This document shows, one piece after another, positions 14,735-23,441 of a stretch of 38,646 nt of DNA. Each line of letters opens with the position of its first letter. Positions within the stretch are counted from its first letter, which is position 1. A program made the position numbers and the translations under genes. Origin of the DNA: a virus. The DNA lies in the IMG/VR virus record IMGVR_UViG_3300027609_000001, positions 1 through 38,646 of that record; one strand, 5' to 3'. Below the pieces are notes generated by a model, which had not been told where the DNA came from, did no database searches, and was given only the letters and a program-made list of their open reading frames with translations.

Positions 14735-17427
14735 TATCGTAGCCTCGCATTAAGTTTTCCCTCGAGTTCATCGATCTTGAATTTGAGGCGCTGAATTTCA
14801 TTCAAGAGCAACGCGGGCAATTCATGGTACTTGACGGTCGCAGGCATTCCTTCGCTGTCGTAGGAGACTAAATAGGGAGCAACTTCTTCTACGTCCTCAG
14901 CGATGAGTCCATACGATTGGTTAAAGTCGCCTTTGAAGTTGAACTTGACCGGACGGAGCTTATAGATATCTCTACTTGCGACACCCATGTCATCGATGTT
15001 TTCCTTAAAGCGACGGGATGAGATAACTGTTCCGAGTTGTCCTGTCGCCGTATTAACGAGCACTGCAGCGGTACTCGCGATAGTTACGCCAGCGATGCCA
15101 GCTATGAAACAGGTATTTTGTTGGCCAGCACCCGAACCTTGTGTTCCGATTCGAATAACATTGGATTCGCCACCTGTTCCCTGGGCTGCGATAACAATGT
15201 TGCTCGACTCTGCTCCGGTATATCCGTCTCCAGCCGTTGATCCTATGGCGATATTATTAGCGCCGGTCGCCAGGTTTCCGAGGGCAACGAATCCTATGGA
15301 GGTATTATTACCACCTCCTGTTGTTAGTGAGCCTAGTGAATTGAGGCCAATAGATACGTTCGAGGAAGACGTGGTGAGAGATTGTAGAGAGCTCGATCCG
15401 ATACCTATGTTAAATGCTCCCGATGTTACTCCTGAGAGAGCTAAGGCGCCGAGGGCGTCATTATCGGTGCCTGATACGGTCGTGTGACCGGCCCCTTGTC
15501 CGACAAACATATTATTATTCGCAACGCTGCCATAGCAATTAAGTATCTTTTGAGTGCCTATTTGGATATAACCCGTTGTAGCAGTACTATCATCCATGGC
15601 GAGATATTGAAATTTGGCCGTCAGCGTAGAACCACCCGTATTGAGAAGCTCTAATCCAGAGCCGACACCGGTAAGAATGACTGCTCCAGTTAGGGCTGGG
15701 CCAGAATCTCCCGTAATAGAGGTTACTCCACCGCCTCCACTTCCACCGACTGTTCCGAGTTTTCCCGTGTTATCGATGAATACCGCCGAGTTGGTACCGC
15801 CAACGGTGGTGCCATAAATACCCGCAACATAGGCGGTATTTTGCTGGCCCGCGCTTGAACCCTGAGTTCCAATTCGAATCACATTGGATTCAGCAGCTGT
15901 TCCTGTATTTCCGATGACGATATTGCTCGACTCAGCGCCGGTATAATTCTGGGCAGCTTGATAGCCGAGTGAAATATTGAAAGATCCCGTCAGAAGATTT
16001 TCGAGTGACTGATATCCTACGGCAGAGTTGCCAGCTGCGGTAGTGGCATCAAACATCGATGCAACTCCTAGGGCAGTGTTAGTATCTCCTGAAGTCAAGC
16101 GGCTGAGCGTCCCTGACCCCATTGCGCAATTAAGGGTTCCACTCGTAATACCAACGAGTGATGTAGAGCCTATTGCAGTATTAGAAGAGCCGGATACAGC
16201 CGAATTTCCTGAGCTCTCTCCGACGAAAGTATTAATATTGGCGACCCCACCCCATGCCGAAAGCATGATAGAGCCACCAATCTGAATGTACCCAGTAGTT
16301 GTCGTCGTATCTGACATGACCAGCTTGGTAAATGTCGTGGTCAGCGTATTGCCGCCAGTTCCGGTGTAGAATGCTCCCGAAGTGCCGCCCGTAATTGATA
16401 TTGCTCCGACAAGCGCACCACCAGAGTTTCCCGTTATAGAAGTTACGCCGCCAGCTGCACCACCAACTGTTCCGAGATTTCCCGCATTATCAATGAATAC
16501 GGCAGAGTTCGTTCCGCCAACGGTAGAGCCGTAAATTCCCGAGATATTACAAGTGTCTTGCTCGCCAGCTCCGGACCCTTGGGTCCCGATAATGATTGCA
16601 TTACTTATTCCCGAAGAACCAGTATTACCAATAACAATATTGCTGGAATCAGCAGCGTCAAATAGACTCCCGGCATTATAGCCAAGCGCTACGTTATTTG
16701 TTCCTGATACAATGCCTGAAAGCGCGTTGGTTCCTACAGCAGTATTGTCGCCATCTCCGCCGCCCGTTGAAGTGAGCGCAGAGAGAGAATTCTGGCCTAC
16801 TGCAACGTTGTTATTGGAATCAGTGCCCGAGTTATAGGCATTTTGTCCCAGCGCCGTATTGAAATTTCCGGTATTAACGAATGGCGCCGCGTTATCCCCA
16901 AGAGCAGTATTGTCCGCTCCGGTCGTAATGCTGCTGAGCGTGCCAAACCCAATCCCCGTATTCCTGGTGCTCGCAATCGCTGCGTTTCCGGAAAGGTATC
17001 CAAGGAATGTGTTATGCCTAATAACACCGCCATAGAATGCGAGTATCGGTGTTCCGTTAACGCTGATGTAGCCCTGCGTCAAAGGATTATCGGTATTAGG
17101 AAGGGCTAAAAAGTTGAAGGATTCAGTAATAGTGATACCACTCGTCAGGAACTGAGCTCCAGAGGTGCCACCGGTAATATTGAGATCTCCACTGATGGGC
17201 ACAGATCCAGCAGCGTCGCCATCGATACTACTTACAAGGCTGCCCGTTAATTCGACAGTGAGCGTGTTAGTACCCGCATCCCCTACAACGGTTATATCAC
17301 CCGATCCCACCACATTAATGATGCCTGCTAGCGTAGGACCAACAGCACCACCTGAATTACCTTCGAGGAATTTCACACTACCCACACCACCACCTCCACC
17401 TGCTCCATATGATCCTGCTGAACTCAT
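14734..17427 (-). CDS. Tail fibre or spike with three tandem body modules and a C-terminal peptidase-S74 intramolecular chaperone domain
   Basis: The C-terminus GQLGTVISSRRFKENIDDM...YGLIAEDVEEVAPYLV...LLLNEIQRL is the endosialidase-type auto-cleaving chaperone (14737..15021). The body repeats with an exact 240-aa period (GVTSITG at aa 327 and 567; GYIQIG at aa 379 and 619). Confidence 0.85.
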   Translation of the reverse strand: MSSAGSYGAGGGGGVGSVKFLEGNSGGAVGPTLAGIINVVGSGDITVVGDAGTNTLTVELTGSLVSSIDGDAAGSVPISGDLNITGGTSGAQFLTSGITITESFNFLALPNTDNPLTQGYISVNGTPILAFYGGVIRHNTFLGYLSGNAAIASTRNTGIGFGTLSSITTGADNTALGDNAAPFVNTGNFNTALGQNAYNSGTDSNNNVAVGQNSLSALTSTGGGDGDNTAVGTNALSGIVSGTNNVALGYNAGSLFDAADSSNIVIGNTGSSGISNAIIIGTQGSGAGEQDTCNISGIYGSTVGGTNSAVFIDNAGNLGTVGGAAGGVTSITGNSGGALVGAISITGGTSGAFYTGTGGNTLTTTFTKLVMSDTTTTTGYIQIGGSIMLSAWGGVANINTFVGESSGNSAVSGSSNTAIGSTSLVGITSGTLNCAMGSGTLSRLTSGDTNTALGVASMFDATTAAGNSAVGYQSLENLLTGSFNISLGYQAAQNYTGAESSNIVIGNTGTAAESNVIRIGTQGSSAGQQNTAYVAGIYGTTVGGTNSAVFIDNTGKLGTVGGSGGGGVTSITGDSGPALTGAVILTGVGSGLELLNTGGSTLTAKFQYLAMDDSTATTGYIQIGTQKILNCYGSVANNNMFVGQGAGHTTVSGTDNDALGALALSGVTSGAFNIGIGSSSLQSLTTSSSNVSIGLNSLGSLTTGGGNNTSIGFVALGNLATGANNIAIGSTAGDGYTGAESSNIVIAAQGTGGESNVIRIGTQGSGAGQQNTCFIAGIAGVTIASTAAVLVNTATGQLGTVISSRRFKENIDDMGVASRDIYKLRPVKFNFKGDFNQSYGLIAEDVEEVAPYLVSYDSEGMPATVKYHELPALLLNEIQRLKFKIDELEGKLNARLR

Positions 17428-17450
17428 GATTTTTCTCCTTAATGTATGGC

Positions 17451-17483
17451 CCTGCCCGCCGTAGCCTTGGCGAAGGCTGGGTG
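17451..17483 (-). repeat. GC-rich intergenic stem-loop element, copy b (upstream of the 897-aa fibre)
   Basis: Minus strand reads CACCCAGCCTTCGCCAAGGCTACGGCGGGCAGG. The outer stem CCC(A)GCC/GGCGGG carries a G:C to C:G swap relative to copies a and c. Confidence 0.6.
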
Positions 17484-17484
17484 C

Positions 17485-17832
17485 TTAAATTGCTGACCCG
17501 TAGAACACGGTGAAATAGACGCTTCCAACTGAAGGAGTTGTTGCATCCAACTCTTTTACGTAAAGGCGCGTTCCTTCAGCCAGGTAGAATCCCGGGGAAA
17601 ATGTTTTATTGCTCGTTGCATCAACAATGAGGAACGAGTCTGCAGGTAATGGAAAGTGGTCATTGACGCCGTCGAACGAGCACATAAGGTCCGCATCAGT
17701 GAGGTTATTGATCCAAAAGATGCGCGCTGGATTGCTAATGGCAGTACCAACGCCCATGTAAGTCCCCGATATGCTCCCGAAAGCAAGGGTGCGAACCGGT
17801 TCAATTTGTAGACGTATCTCTTGTCCTGCCAT
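17485..17832 (-). CDS. Small virion-module protein, paralogue of 17844..18179
   Basis: 115 aa with GGAG upstream. Shares F..I.G.Y..VG...(I/F)(W/R)(I/F)(N)N.T..D(L/V).(C/I)S(F/Y)DGV.D with its neighbour. Confidence 0.55.
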   Translation of the reverse strand: MAGQEIRLQIEPVRTLAFGSISGTYMGVGTAISNPARIFWINNLTDADLMCSFDGVNDHFPLPADSFLIVDATSNKTFSPGFYLAEGTRLYVKELDATTPSVGSVYFTVFYGSAI

Positions 17833-17843
17833 AGCATCTCCAA

Positions 17844-18179
17844 TTAGTTAGAATTCTGTTGGTAATAGCCGGCTATATACAGTTCACCTGCCCCAGCTGC
17901 TCCCTTGGCGTAGATATTGAGACCTTTCGGGAAGAGACACGTGAAGTTGTTGGGCTGAGAGTTCGTCTGAGATTCGATTTGAGCGGAAGTGTCATGGATG
18001 ACTACGTCATTATCAGTGACGCCATCATATGAGATGAGAACGTCTTCCGTCGTATTGTTGATGAATCTCAACATGAAGCATGCCTGAGTGAGACTTCCCA
18101 CCAGTTGGTATGCTCCATCAAATAGGGCTGCATTAGCCGAAAGCAAGGGAATAGAGGCGACTGAATTTCGAACTGCCAC
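17844..18179 (-). CDS. Small virion-module protein, paralogue of 17485..17832
   Basis: 111 aa, GTG start preceded by GGAGGTGTAGC. Confidence 0.55.
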   Translation of the reverse strand: MAVRNSVASIPLLSANAALFDGAYQLVGSLTQACFMLRFINNTTEDVLISYDGVTDNDVVIHDTSAQIESQTNSQPNNFTCLFPKGLNIYAKGAAGAGELYIAGYYQQNSN

Positions 18180-18287
18180 GCTACACCTCCATGGGTTTAT
18201 GCTGCGAAGTTATATTACGTTTTCGCCTGGTACAGACCTTGTGAGTCTCGGCGAAGCTCAGAGAGTGAAGACGGACCATATAATTCC

Positions 18288-18596
18288 TTATGAGGTTGCG
18301 GTAGAGCCGTCAGTTGCTATAGATGATTGCTTCGCTGTGGCTTGCTGCAGAGCATCTTGAACCGCCTGATCGACAGCCTGTTGTTGCTCCACGGGAACTT
18401 GCGAAGCTTCGTATGCTTTTGACATTTCAAGAATCTTGTCAGCAAATTGACGAAGCGCCTCGAAACACTCTTGGTAGGTTGCTCCGGCTGGGAAATGTGC
18501 GCGGAAGAACTTCCCTGTCCGGCATAGCCCCTCGGGCGACGACGGATCCACTTGTTGCACTTCCATAACGATCTCATTGCGTAAATTAAGGCTCAT
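18288..18596 (-). CDS. Hypothetical protein
   Basis: 102 aa, GAGGAG upstream of ATG 18596. Confidence 0.5.
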   Translation of the reverse strand: MSLNLRNEIVMEVQQVDPSSPEGLCRTGKFFRAHFPAGATYQECFEALRQFADKILEMSKAYEASQVPVEQQQAVDQAVQDALQQATAKQSSIATDGSTATS

Positions 18597-18730
18597 GGTC
18601 TCTCCTCGTGTTAGGAACCTCGGTTATTATTCACCGAGGACCCTATACACATAACGTGGTTGATTTCCAGTCTTCGTTTGGCGCCGAAGTACAACAAAAG
18701 AAGTCCCAAACTGCGCCCGGCAGGCCAGAT

Positions 18731-19564
18731 CTAAGATGCTGTTGTTATAGCCGTCCAAGCTGTCCCGCCACCTGTATTAATCCACGCTCGGTCGCCTACG
18801 CCACTTCCATTAGAAGTGAGGAAGAGAGAGCCTTTGGGGGCCGTGACCGAGGTATTGGGATTAGCGGTTCCTGCCATGATGGCAATTCCGTTTGCGAATA
18901 TAAAAGACGTAGCAGCGGTACCCAGGGTTATATTTCCGTTAGATGCGGCTATATTCCCCGCCGTAGCAGTTATTCCCGTTCCAGCTGTAACTGTCGTTGC
19001 CGCGACTACGTTTGTACCGGCATTCACCGTACCGCCCGCAAAGACTCCACCGAGAGTTGCGGTAATATTTCCCCCGGTTGCAGTGATTCCAGTGCCAGCG
19101 GTTACGGTCGTATTGGCAGCAACTGACCCCAGAGTTGATGCAATGTTGCCAGTTGAAGAAGTTATATTTCCTGTAGCAGTAAGAGTACCCGTTACCAATG
19201 TGTTGCCTGTTGTGTTGCCGATATTGACTGCTCCGGTACCAGGGGTCGTTCCAATATTCGTAGCAGCAGCGCCAGCGGTATTAATCGTTGTAGTTCCGGT
19301 GAGCGAGATAGGGCCAGGGGTTACGGTGAGAGATGCGAAGACTCCTGCGCCACCACCAACTTCAAGAAGTACCCAGTTTGCCTGGTTATTGGATATTGAA
19401 GCGAGGATATAGATGGCATTGGTTGTAGTATTCGTCCAGATGGTCGTTGGGAACGCGAAGTCAGAAGTCGTAGGGTTGCGTTTTGCAATTACTGGGGTTG
19501 GGTTTTCAGCTATAAGAGGGGAACTGAGCCCGTAAGCTACTTGTTGATATTGACGTCCGGCCAT
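18731..19564 (-). CDS. Tail-fibre-like protein (G/T/A-rich beta-helix-like repeats)
   Basis: The N-terminus NPTPVIAKRNPTTSDFAFPTTIWTNTT...ANWVLLEVGGGAG is homologous to the N-terminus of the 453-aa fibre. Contains TAGTGITATGGNIT-type repeats. C-terminus GSLFLTSNGSGVGDRAWINTGGGTAWTAI. AAGGAG upstream. Confidence 0.7.
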   Translation of the reverse strand: MAGRQYQQVAYGLSSPLIAENPTPVIAKRNPTTSDFAFPTTIWTNTTTNAIYILASISNNQANWVLLEVGGGAGVFASLTVTPGPISLTGTTTINTAGAAATNIGTTPGTGAVNIGNTTGNTLVTGTLTATGNITSSTGNIASTLGSVAANTTVTAGTGITATGGNITATLGGVFAGGTVNAGTNVVAATTVTAGTGITATAGNIAASNGNITLGTAATSFIFANGIAIMAGTANPNTSVTAPKGSLFLTSNGSGVGDRAWINTGGGTAWTAITTAS

Positions 19565-19633
19565 TGTGATCTCCTTATTTGGAATCTGTATGGCCGGATA
19601 GTGGGGTCACAATGTGAATGGAGTAAAATAAGC

Positions 19634-19661
19634 TTGATTTATATATAAATTGTTATATAAT
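19634..19661 (+). promoter_or_regulatory. Sigma70-like promoter of the plus-strand cassette
   Basis: TTGATT (19634-39), a 16-nt spacer, then TATAAT (19656-61). Confidence 0.55.
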
Positions 19662-19683
19662 AGTTTATATGTGGAGGAAGAAG

Positions 19684-19863
19684 ATGAAGTTAATTAAGAA
19701 GTTAAATAAGCCCGCGCGCAAGAAGTTTTTGTTATTGATACCAGAAGATATTCTAGAGGCTACCCACATAGTTGCGCGGCAGAGATTTATGAGTACAACA
19801 GCGTATATAACGGAGGTTTTAATTAAGAATCTTAAGTATGAGAAGTCATACGGTAATATATAA
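19684..19863 (+). CDS. Ribbon-helix-helix protein
   Basis: GGAGG 6 nt upstream of ATG 19684. KKFLLLIPEDILEATHIVARQRFMSTTAYITEVLIKNL fits the RHH pattern. Confidence 0.5.
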   Translation: MKLIKKLNKPARKKFLLLIPEDILEATHIVARQRFMSTTAYITEVLIKNLKYEKSYGNI

Positions 19864-19919
19864 GTAGACAAGGGTTAGGCCTACTACGCGCTTTGCGCTA
19901 CGAAGGTCAAGGGGGAGAT

Positions 19920-20162
19920 ATGGAATCAGCGAAATTAAAGACCAACAAGCAATTAAGGTTAATAGATTTAACCGATCTGTTTTTTGAAGCAGGGCTTGCG
20001 GTGAAGTATGCGGAGAAGTTAGAGGCGAAAATCGAGTCATTCGGTTACTGTCAAAAATGGGCCAAGAAGATCGAGAATTGCTCGAAGAGTATATTGCTGG
20101 TCAAGCAAGAGATGTGCGACCTACTTGAAAAAGAAGGCGCGTTTAGGGAAATAGGGGGGTAG
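19920..20162 (+). CDS. Hypothetical protein ending in ...REIGG
   Basis: 80 aa from ATG 19920, after a G-rich SD. The C-terminal 17 aa are homologous to those of the next gene. Confidence 0.45.
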   Translation: MESAKLKTNKQLRLIDLTDLFFEAGLAVKYAEKLEAKIESFGYCQKWAKKIENCSKSILLVKQEMCDLLEKEGAFREIGG

Positions 20163-20165
20163 GTA

Positions 20166-20411
20166 ATGGAAGTTTGGGAAATATGTCTCGCGATGGTTGG
20201 CATGGTCTTTATGTTACTAGTCGCGATAGTGTTAGCGGTACGTGAAGCGCGCAGAGAACTTGCTCTACATGCCGCAGACTTATTAAAGAAGAATCGAGAG
20301 GAAACAATCTCATTCTTAAGAAGGATTCATGAGAATAATAAGGCCAGGGACGAAGAAGAGATTTGCTCCTTGCTTAAGGTAAAGCGTTCGCTCAATGAAA
20401 TAGGGGGGTAA
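20166..20411 (+). CDS. Small membrane-anchored protein ending in ...NEIGG
   Basis: N-terminal TM segment VWEICLAMVGMVFMLLVAIVLAV followed by a charged helix. Preceded by GGGGGG. Confidence 0.5.
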   Translation: MEVWEICLAMVGMVFMLLVAIVLAVREARRELALHAADLLKKNREETISFLRRIHENNKARDEEEICSLLKVKRSLNEIGG

Positions 20412-20416
20412 GGGTT

Positions 20417-20512
20417 ATGAATGACGAATTTAATGGAATGCAATGCCAGGAGCAAATCCAAACGGGCTATTGTGATTGTAGACCCTGTTGCGCAAAGCCT
20501 GAGAATGATTAA
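20417..20512 (+). CDS. Possible 31-aa Cys-rich micro-ORF
   Basis: ATG 7 nt after the GGGGGG run. MNDEFNGMQCQEQIQTGYCDCRPCCAKPEND. Confidence 0.25.
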   Translation: MNDEFNGMQCQEQIQTGYCDCRPCCAKPEND

Positions 20513-20593
20513 ATGATTCCATTTGATATGTTGTATTTTCTGTTTATCATTTGTGACGACGATGAAGAGGATAACGATGAAGATGATGATTAG
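20513..20593 (+). CDS. Possible 26-aa micro-ORF (hydrophobic N-terminus, poly-acidic tail)
   Basis: MIPFDMLYFLFIICDDDEEDNDEDDD. Its ATG directly follows the upstream micro-ORF stop codon (TAA 20510-12, ATG 20513-15). Weak SD. Confidence 0.2.
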   Translation: MIPFDMLYFLFIICDDDEEDNDEDDD

Positions 20594-22683
20594 TGATTTT
20601 CAGCGATCTTAATATACCTCTTGAGAGCTCTTGTAGCATTCGTCGCATCTCTGAGGAGAGAGAATTTAATAACATCTCCATAAGCCTTGGCGGCAACGCT
20701 ACTCTTGGTTATAAGGTCGATCGTTTTCGCAGCTGATTTTGCAGCGAACGCTGCTGCGGGTATTCCTAGGGTTGCGGGAACGCTGTGGTAGAGACCAAAC
20801 ATAAATAGGAGAGATTTGAATCCTGCATACTTTTTGAGATCTACGTTCTTATTGAGGAACTTTGACACGTCTGATTGGATGTTGAGGCCTTTATGAATGT
20901 CCTCGGCGGCGTTAAATGAGCTGAGGAAATCCTTGTGTCCGGAATTTTGTATATCGCTATTAAGGGCCCCAATCATGCGATCGATATAGCCCACAGCGTC
21001 ACCAGCCTTGTCTCTCCAAGTTCCCAGATCCTTTTTAAGGTCCCAGGCTTCTTGCAGAGGAATCTTTCCGCCCTTTGCGGTTGAGTCAATAATTGTCTGA
21101 GCGCGAGCTTTTATTAATGGTCCTTCAGGGATATCGCGGACTTCATCAAACACCTTACGAGCAGTTCTATAGCCGGATGCAGCTGAAGTATCCTTTCCCT
21201 TAGCGGCTTCTCGAGCGATTGAATATGCCTTATTTTCGGCATCAGCGAGTTTAGCCCGTGTTCCAGGCATTCCCGCAAGGAGCGATACTCCTAATTTGGC
21301 TCCCGCTTGAGCGAGTGGTCCTCCTCCCATGGCGTTTACAAACTGAGCGGCACCTTCTCCTGCGACTGCCTTAGTGAGCGCTTTGAGGAATTTGACTTGT
21401 CCTGCCCCTGGTGCAAGATGTGTCGCAAGATCTTGGATAACGGTATCGGTAAACTCCTGTACTTTGCTTTTAGGCTCAAGAGCTTCTCCATATACCCTTT
21501 TACCCGCTTCTCTAAAATCCTGGGAAGTAGGAAGCCTGACCGGTAAATCTTCATATTTCGGGGTTCCTGCGATATCACTGAGAAGATTTACGGGACGTGA
21601 GGCTATATCACCTACGGTGCCGAGAGCTCCTTCAACTGCACGCGCTACGGGACGAGCTACGGTTTTGGCCAATCCGCCTAATACATTGCCGGCTTGAGAG
21701 AGAATGTTATTACCTTCAGGAGAAGAGGGAGCCGATGATCCCGCTGAAGGTGAGCCCTTTCCCTGGGCGGACGCTCCACCTCCAACTCCTTGTACATTCT
21801 TCAGAGCCTGCTGAGAGAGCGATTTAAGCTCATCTGATGCATACATGTCTTCAGCTTCGTCTTCCCAATCAGCAGGAAGTTCACCTTTGTGGTTTTTAAG
21901 ATATTTTCGACGAGCATCATATTTAACAACATTTGCCCTATCTTCCAGAATTCTGTTTTTATTTATAGCGACAATACCTTCTGGTGTATTCCAGAGAGTA
22001 GCAAGCGAATTCTTGTAAGTACCTACTTCGAGGTTGGTTAGCCTTCGCGTATTAAATGCTGATCCGGCTCCTTGTGCGAGCTGGCTCATATCAGCTTGAG
22101 CTAATTGTGTCTCGACGTTCTGGCCCCATCCCTGTAGTCCGAATAAGGATAAGAATTGATGCTGAAGCCCCGCGCGTAAGTTTCCCGACTCAGCCCCCGC
22201 GATAATTCGCTCATAAGTATCAATATTTTTCTTTGAAGCTTCTGCTTTATCGCGCGCTATCTTAAGCGGCTCCTGCGATACTTTTAGGTTATAATCCCGC
22301 GTTCCTGTTCGCTGCTTTTCCGAGAACTTCTCCTGCTCAAGATTTTGCTTGAGCGCTTCTGCCCTCAAATGAAAGAACTGTTGCTGTTGCGAAGGGGAAA
22401 GCTTCTTGGCCAATTCTTCGGCCTGCTCGCGGGTCAACTGACCTGGATTTATTCCCCCACGTTGACTAGTTGCTCCTTGTTGAGCTGCCTCTGAGCCCGG
22501 CTGCCCCGTTTGAGTCTGACCTTGTTGTGGATAAAGGGAGCCAACAAGCTGAGAGAACGCCGCATTTTGTGGGCCTTCAACCATCTGCTTAATCTTGCCC
22601 TGAGCTAAAGCCTCAAGGCTTTTAGATAAGCCTGTTCCAAGCGCTGCGCCTACTCCTGGTACTGTTGGTATTAACGTAGCCAT
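20590..22683 (-). CDS. Large internal virion (ejection/core) protein
   Basis: 697 aa from ATG 22683, 1 nt after the upstream stop. Q/G/A-rich N-terminus and long helical regions. Its position after the nozzle-like protein matches podovirus gene order. Confidence 0.45.
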   Translation of the reverse strand: MATLIPTVPGVGAALGTGLSKSLEALAQGKIKQMVEGPQNAAFSQLVGSLYPQQGQTQTGQPGSEAAQQGATSQRGGINPGQLTREQAEELAKKLSPSQQQQFFHLRAEALKQNLEQEKFSEKQRTGTRDYNLKVSQEPLKIARDKAEASKKNIDTYERIIAGAESGNLRAGLQHQFLSLFGLQGWGQNVETQLAQADMSQLAQGAGSAFNTRRLTNLEVGTYKNSLATLWNTPEGIVAINKNRILEDRANVVKYDARRKYLKNHKGELPADWEDEAEDMYASDELKSLSQQALKNVQGVGGGASAQGKGSPSAGSSAPSSPEGNNILSQAGNVLGGLAKTVARPVARAVEGALGTVGDIASRPVNLLSDIAGTPKYEDLPVRLPTSQDFREAGKRVYGEALEPKSKVQEFTDTVIQDLATHLAPGAGQVKFLKALTKAVAGEGAAQFVNAMGGGPLAQAGAKLGVSLLAGMPGTRAKLADAENKAYSIAREAAKGKDTSAASGYRTARKVFDEVRDIPEGPLIKARAQTIIDSTAKGGKIPLQEAWDLKKDLGTWRDKAGDAVGYIDRMIGALNSDIQNSGHKDFLSSFNAAEDIHKGLNIQSDVSKFLNKNVDLKKYAGFKSLLFMFGLYHSVPATLGIPAAAFAAKSAAKTIDLITKSSVAAKAYGDVIKFSLLRDATNATRALKRYIKIAENH

Positions 22684-22684
22684 A

Positions 22685-23230
22685 TTACACCTGTCCTTGT
22701 TGCTGTTGGCCCTGATTCTGTTGAGACTTTTTAGCAAAATAATCTGCTAGCCCAAAAGGAGCGTAACTTCCGAATCCTTGAGCTGCGCTTTGTAATAATC
22801 CTGGCTGACCCTGGAATACTAAGTTTTCGAACTGCGGTTGAGAAGAGAGTCCGAGAAGTAATTGCATTAAATTCTGAATCTGAGCATTTTGCTGTAATCC
22901 ATATTGAGATCCTTGTGCCGCTAGCCCTTCTTCAAGTCCTGCTCCCGCCTGACCAAGTGCCCCTTGGAACGCAGATGAATTCTGGCCTCCTAAAGCGGTG
23001 AACCGTTCAGCGAGTCCTGGAATAGTTTGGGTCTGGAACTGAGACCGCGCCTTTTGGGCTATGGGCTCGAAACTTCCCGGAGTCCCTCCGCCAGATTGCA
23101 GCAACTGCATGAGATTTCCAATTCCCTGATTTTGAAGTCCCCTTTGCTGAGGAGTCGTTAATGATGCCTGTTGAGCCCTTGGGTCAGAACCGAGGAAGAA
23201 GTCACTTAAGCCTTGTAAGAATCCGGCCAT
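22685..23230 (-). CDS. Q/G-rich internal virion protein
   Basis: 181 aa, AAGGAG upstream. Low-complexity Q/G composition. Confidence 0.4.
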   Translation of the reverse strand: MAGFLQGLSDFFLGSDPRAQQASLTTPQQRGLQNQGIGNLMQLLQSGGGTPGSFEPIAQKARSQFQTQTIPGLAERFTALGGQNSSAFQGALGQAGAGLEEGLAAQGSQYGLQQNAQIQNLMQLLLGLSSQPQFENLVFQGQPGLLQSAAQGFGSYAPFGLADYFAKKSQQNQGQQQQGQV

Positions 23231-23441
23231 ATTTATCTCCTTAATATATTAAATTTGACTCAAATACCATGCTATACAAGAATCGTGGAATTTATCTATA
23301 CTTAGGGCGAACGTCGATCCCTAGTTGAACGCTCGTGAGCCGATGTTCCGCCTTCTCTACTGTTTAGGGGTAGAGGAGGTGTCCCAACTAATCTTTCCTC
23401 CTACGCGTCTCGCTATGCTCGCTTGCTACGGCGGACAGGGC
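23231..23441 (-). other. Structured 211-nt leader or intergenic RNA
   Basis: Hairpin gtagaggagg (23370-79) with cctcctac (23397-404). CCCTA (23319-23) can pair with either TAGGG (23303-07) or TAGGG (23365-69). Contains a GCTACGGCGGACAGGGCC core at 23425-42. Confidence 0.45.

Noticed and set aside
14734-17427. Considered whether the repeated fibre modules are a diversity-generating retroelement template/variable repeat pair.
   Set aside because: There is no reverse transcriptase anywhere in the genome. The repeats are in-frame protein modules, and their differences are spread over all bases rather than being adenine-specific.
18816-19412. Long plus-strand ORFs antisense to the fibre genes (18816..19412, 14987..15487, 14049..14303, 15614..15817, 16028..16285, 17165..17464 and others).
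   Set aside because: They are Pro/Val/Ala-rich mirror frames of Gly/Thr/Ala/Asn-rich fibre repeats. They have no SD and they overlap well-supported genes.
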